DNA from: Antechinus flavipes
Taxonomy: Eukaryota
DNA length: 64,000 nt
NCBI RefSeq assembly: GCF_016432865.1
Contig: NC_067400.1
Coordinates: 519,932,001-519,996,000 of the forward strand
Direction: 5' to 3'
Position numbers and translations under genes: made by a program. Below, piece by piece: positions 61,482-64,000 of this stretch (its first letter is position 1; every line of letters starts with the position of its first letter). Under the pieces are notes generated by a model. It did not search any database. It was not told the origin of the DNA and worked only from the letters and a program-made list of their open reading frames with translations.

Positions 61482-64000
61482 GTAAGACCACTATTTAATC
61501 CTGAACCTTTTAACTTAGGTTGGTAAAAAACAAATAATAGATGTGAAGTGGAATCATTAGAGAGCCAACCTTGGATTCAGAAGCACTTTGGTATAAACTC
61601 TGCCTCACACCCATATTGCTTATGTGAGCCTAAGAAAGTCACTTAATTTTTCATGGTCTTAGATAATTCCTCAAGCCAGAACTATTGTGTATAACTAATA
61701 TAGTACATTCTTTAATGTTTGCAAAGCAATTTATGTGGGTATATCTGTGTATACATATATGAAATCTATATATGTGTGTTTATACAGACACACACACACA
61801 CATATACACAGACATACACACATAGAGAGAGGAGGGGGGAGAGAGAGAGATTTGATTCTCACAGTAAGGGAAGTACTTTTATTGTTTCCATTTTATAAAT
61901 CAAGAAACTCAAAATGAGAGACTTGGAAGAAATATCCTCACTGGAAGGTTCCAATGTCAGTAAAATTAGACATGGAATAATGATAATAATAATAATTTCA
62001 TTGCAGGGATGAAGTGGAGGTAGGTTCAGACCTGTGGATTGTTTTGGGTAATGTCCCTGCACTGATATTTATACTTAGGGTTGCCTAGGACACTGAGAGG
62101 CTAAATAACTTGTTTATGGTCACATAGCTAGTACTTAAGGGCAGCTAGGTGGTGGCACAGTGGATAGGGTGCTGGGTCTGGAGTCAGGAAGACTCATTTC
62201 CGAGTTCAAATTTGACCTCAAACACTTACAAGCTCTGTGATTCTGGGCATGTCACTTCACCCTGTTTGTCTCTGTTGCCTTCTCTGTGACAATTCATCCC
62301 AGTAGCTTTGCCAAGAAAACACCAGATGGGGTCAGGAAGAGTCAGACACATCTGAACAACAGCAAAGCTCCTACCTAACAGAGGCAGGAATCAACCGAGC
62401 TGTTTTCCCCATGCAGGGTGCTACCATTACTCACTATGTCATACTGTCTCTGACAATAATGGCAACGACATAAATTAATGGAGCTGCATAGGAATACTAA
62501 ACAGTTACAGAGAAGTTTAGAAAACTCTGATTATTCATATATTTTTGTTCTGTTCTGTTTTGTTTTCCCAATGGATATTCAGAAAAAGATGTTGGTGCCA
62601 GTTAACCAAAAAGCCCTCTAGGAGCAGCATGGTGACACAGTGGATAAAGCGCTGGGCCTGAGACAGGAAGATCTGAGTTCAAATGGAGAAGACTATTTAA
62701 AGAGACCTTTTAGCTAAAGCTACGTTTTAGCTGCATGGCCTAGCAGGTCACTCAGTCTTGGTCTCCTCATTTGTAAAGGGGGGATAATGAGTGCCTACCT
62801 CCCAAGGTCGTCTTGAGAATAAAATGAGATAATGTTTACATTTTGCAAACACCATATAAATTCTCAGCAATATTTGTTGTGGGTGGTGGTCAGTCGTTTT
62901 CAGTCATGATCAACTTTATGACCCTGTTTAGGGTTCCAACAAAGATGCTGGGTGGTTTGCCATTTCCTTCTCCAGCTCATTGGATAGATAAGGAAACTGA
63001 GGCAAACAGGTTGAAATGGCTTGCCCAAGCTCATATAGCTAGTAAATATCTTGGACCAGATTTGAACTTGTGAAGAGGAATCTTCCTGACTCTAGGCCCA
63101 GCACTTTATGCACTATGGCCCCCCTGGCTGTCTGCTAAGTAATATAATACTGTTGTTGTTGTAAGGCATTATGTTTAAAGAAGGGGAAACTGAGGCAGGA
63201 CTGTATTAAGAGTTAGTACAATGCAATGCAATGGACAGAGTCCTGGATTTAGAGTCTTGAAGGCCTAGGTTTCAGCTGTGGCTTTGCCTGATTCCCTTTT
63301 ATGACTGGAGGCAAAAATCATTTCCCCTCCCAGGGTTTTTATACTGTATAAAATGGGGATAATAATTCCTGCTGTAACCATCTGACAGAACTATTTGGAA
63401 AGAATGTGGTGCAGTGGATAAAGGAAACTAGGTTCAAATTCTACCTTAGACACTTAGTTATGTGACCATGGGCAAATCTCTTAGCCCTTGTTTCTTCATT
63501 TAAAAAATAGGGATAATAATAACACTTTCCAGGATTGTTGTAAGGACTAAATGAGATGAGCTGGGTACAAACTTTAAAGTGCTATGTAAATAATGCTAGC
63601 AATAATAATAATAACTATGAAATACTACATAAGTGCAAATTGCTATTAGTCTTTGTATCTTATAATAATTCACATTGTATAGTGATTATAGTTAACAAAG
63701 TTCTTTCCTCAGAATCACCTTGTAAGGTAGGTGATGTAATTATAATTACTCTCATTTTTACAGATGATTAGAGTAAAGTTCTGAGAAGTTAGGTGACTTT
63801 GCTCTCACTGTCTGCAAATGTTAGAGACAGGACTCGAAGGCAAGCCTTATAGCTCCTAAGTCCAGTGCTCTGCTCTTTATACTAGGTTGCCTATATGAAA
63901 GTTGTTTAAAAGGGAGACTGATTATCATTTTCCATGATTGCAAATGAAATGAGCCTAAGTGAAAATGAGAGAGATCATGCTCAAATCTAGAAATAACTTG

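Overview
Eukaryotic, AT-rich, repeat-dense DNA from a marsupial; the L1 3' ends and CORE-SINEs look dasyurid-like (devil/dunnart type), judged from memory. The window lies inside the LRR gene XRRA1 on the + strand. Seven GT-AG coding exons (24135-24206, 27992-28064, 42542-42639, 55401-55534, 57919-58047, 59751-59986, 61441-61481) splice in phase into 261 stop-free codons matching human XRRA1 LKHHCVRKPSDLC...EVVFSSYPGFSTSE. The 5' and 3' exons are outside the window. The introns hold a decayed near-full-length antisense L1, several 5'-truncated L1s with clear target-site duplications (TSDs), two LTRs, a long CR1/L3 relic with an ORF1 esterase remnant, L2, RTE, MIR/MAR1-type SINEs, hAT-like MITEs and microsatellites. 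There are no prokaryotic features (no CRISPR, operons, rRNA or tRNA genes). The structures least explained by these features are a locally rearranged 13.7-19.7 kb intronic island (412-bp ~99% inverted repeat, direct repeat, exon-like cassettes, ETS/CTCF-like motifs, an antisense coding-like stretch) and a 134-nt antisense box C/D-snoRNA-like element at 28378-28511. Both are hypotheses; I did not find a demonstrably new system. Homologies are from recalled sequences, not database searches, and old-repeat boundaries are approximate.
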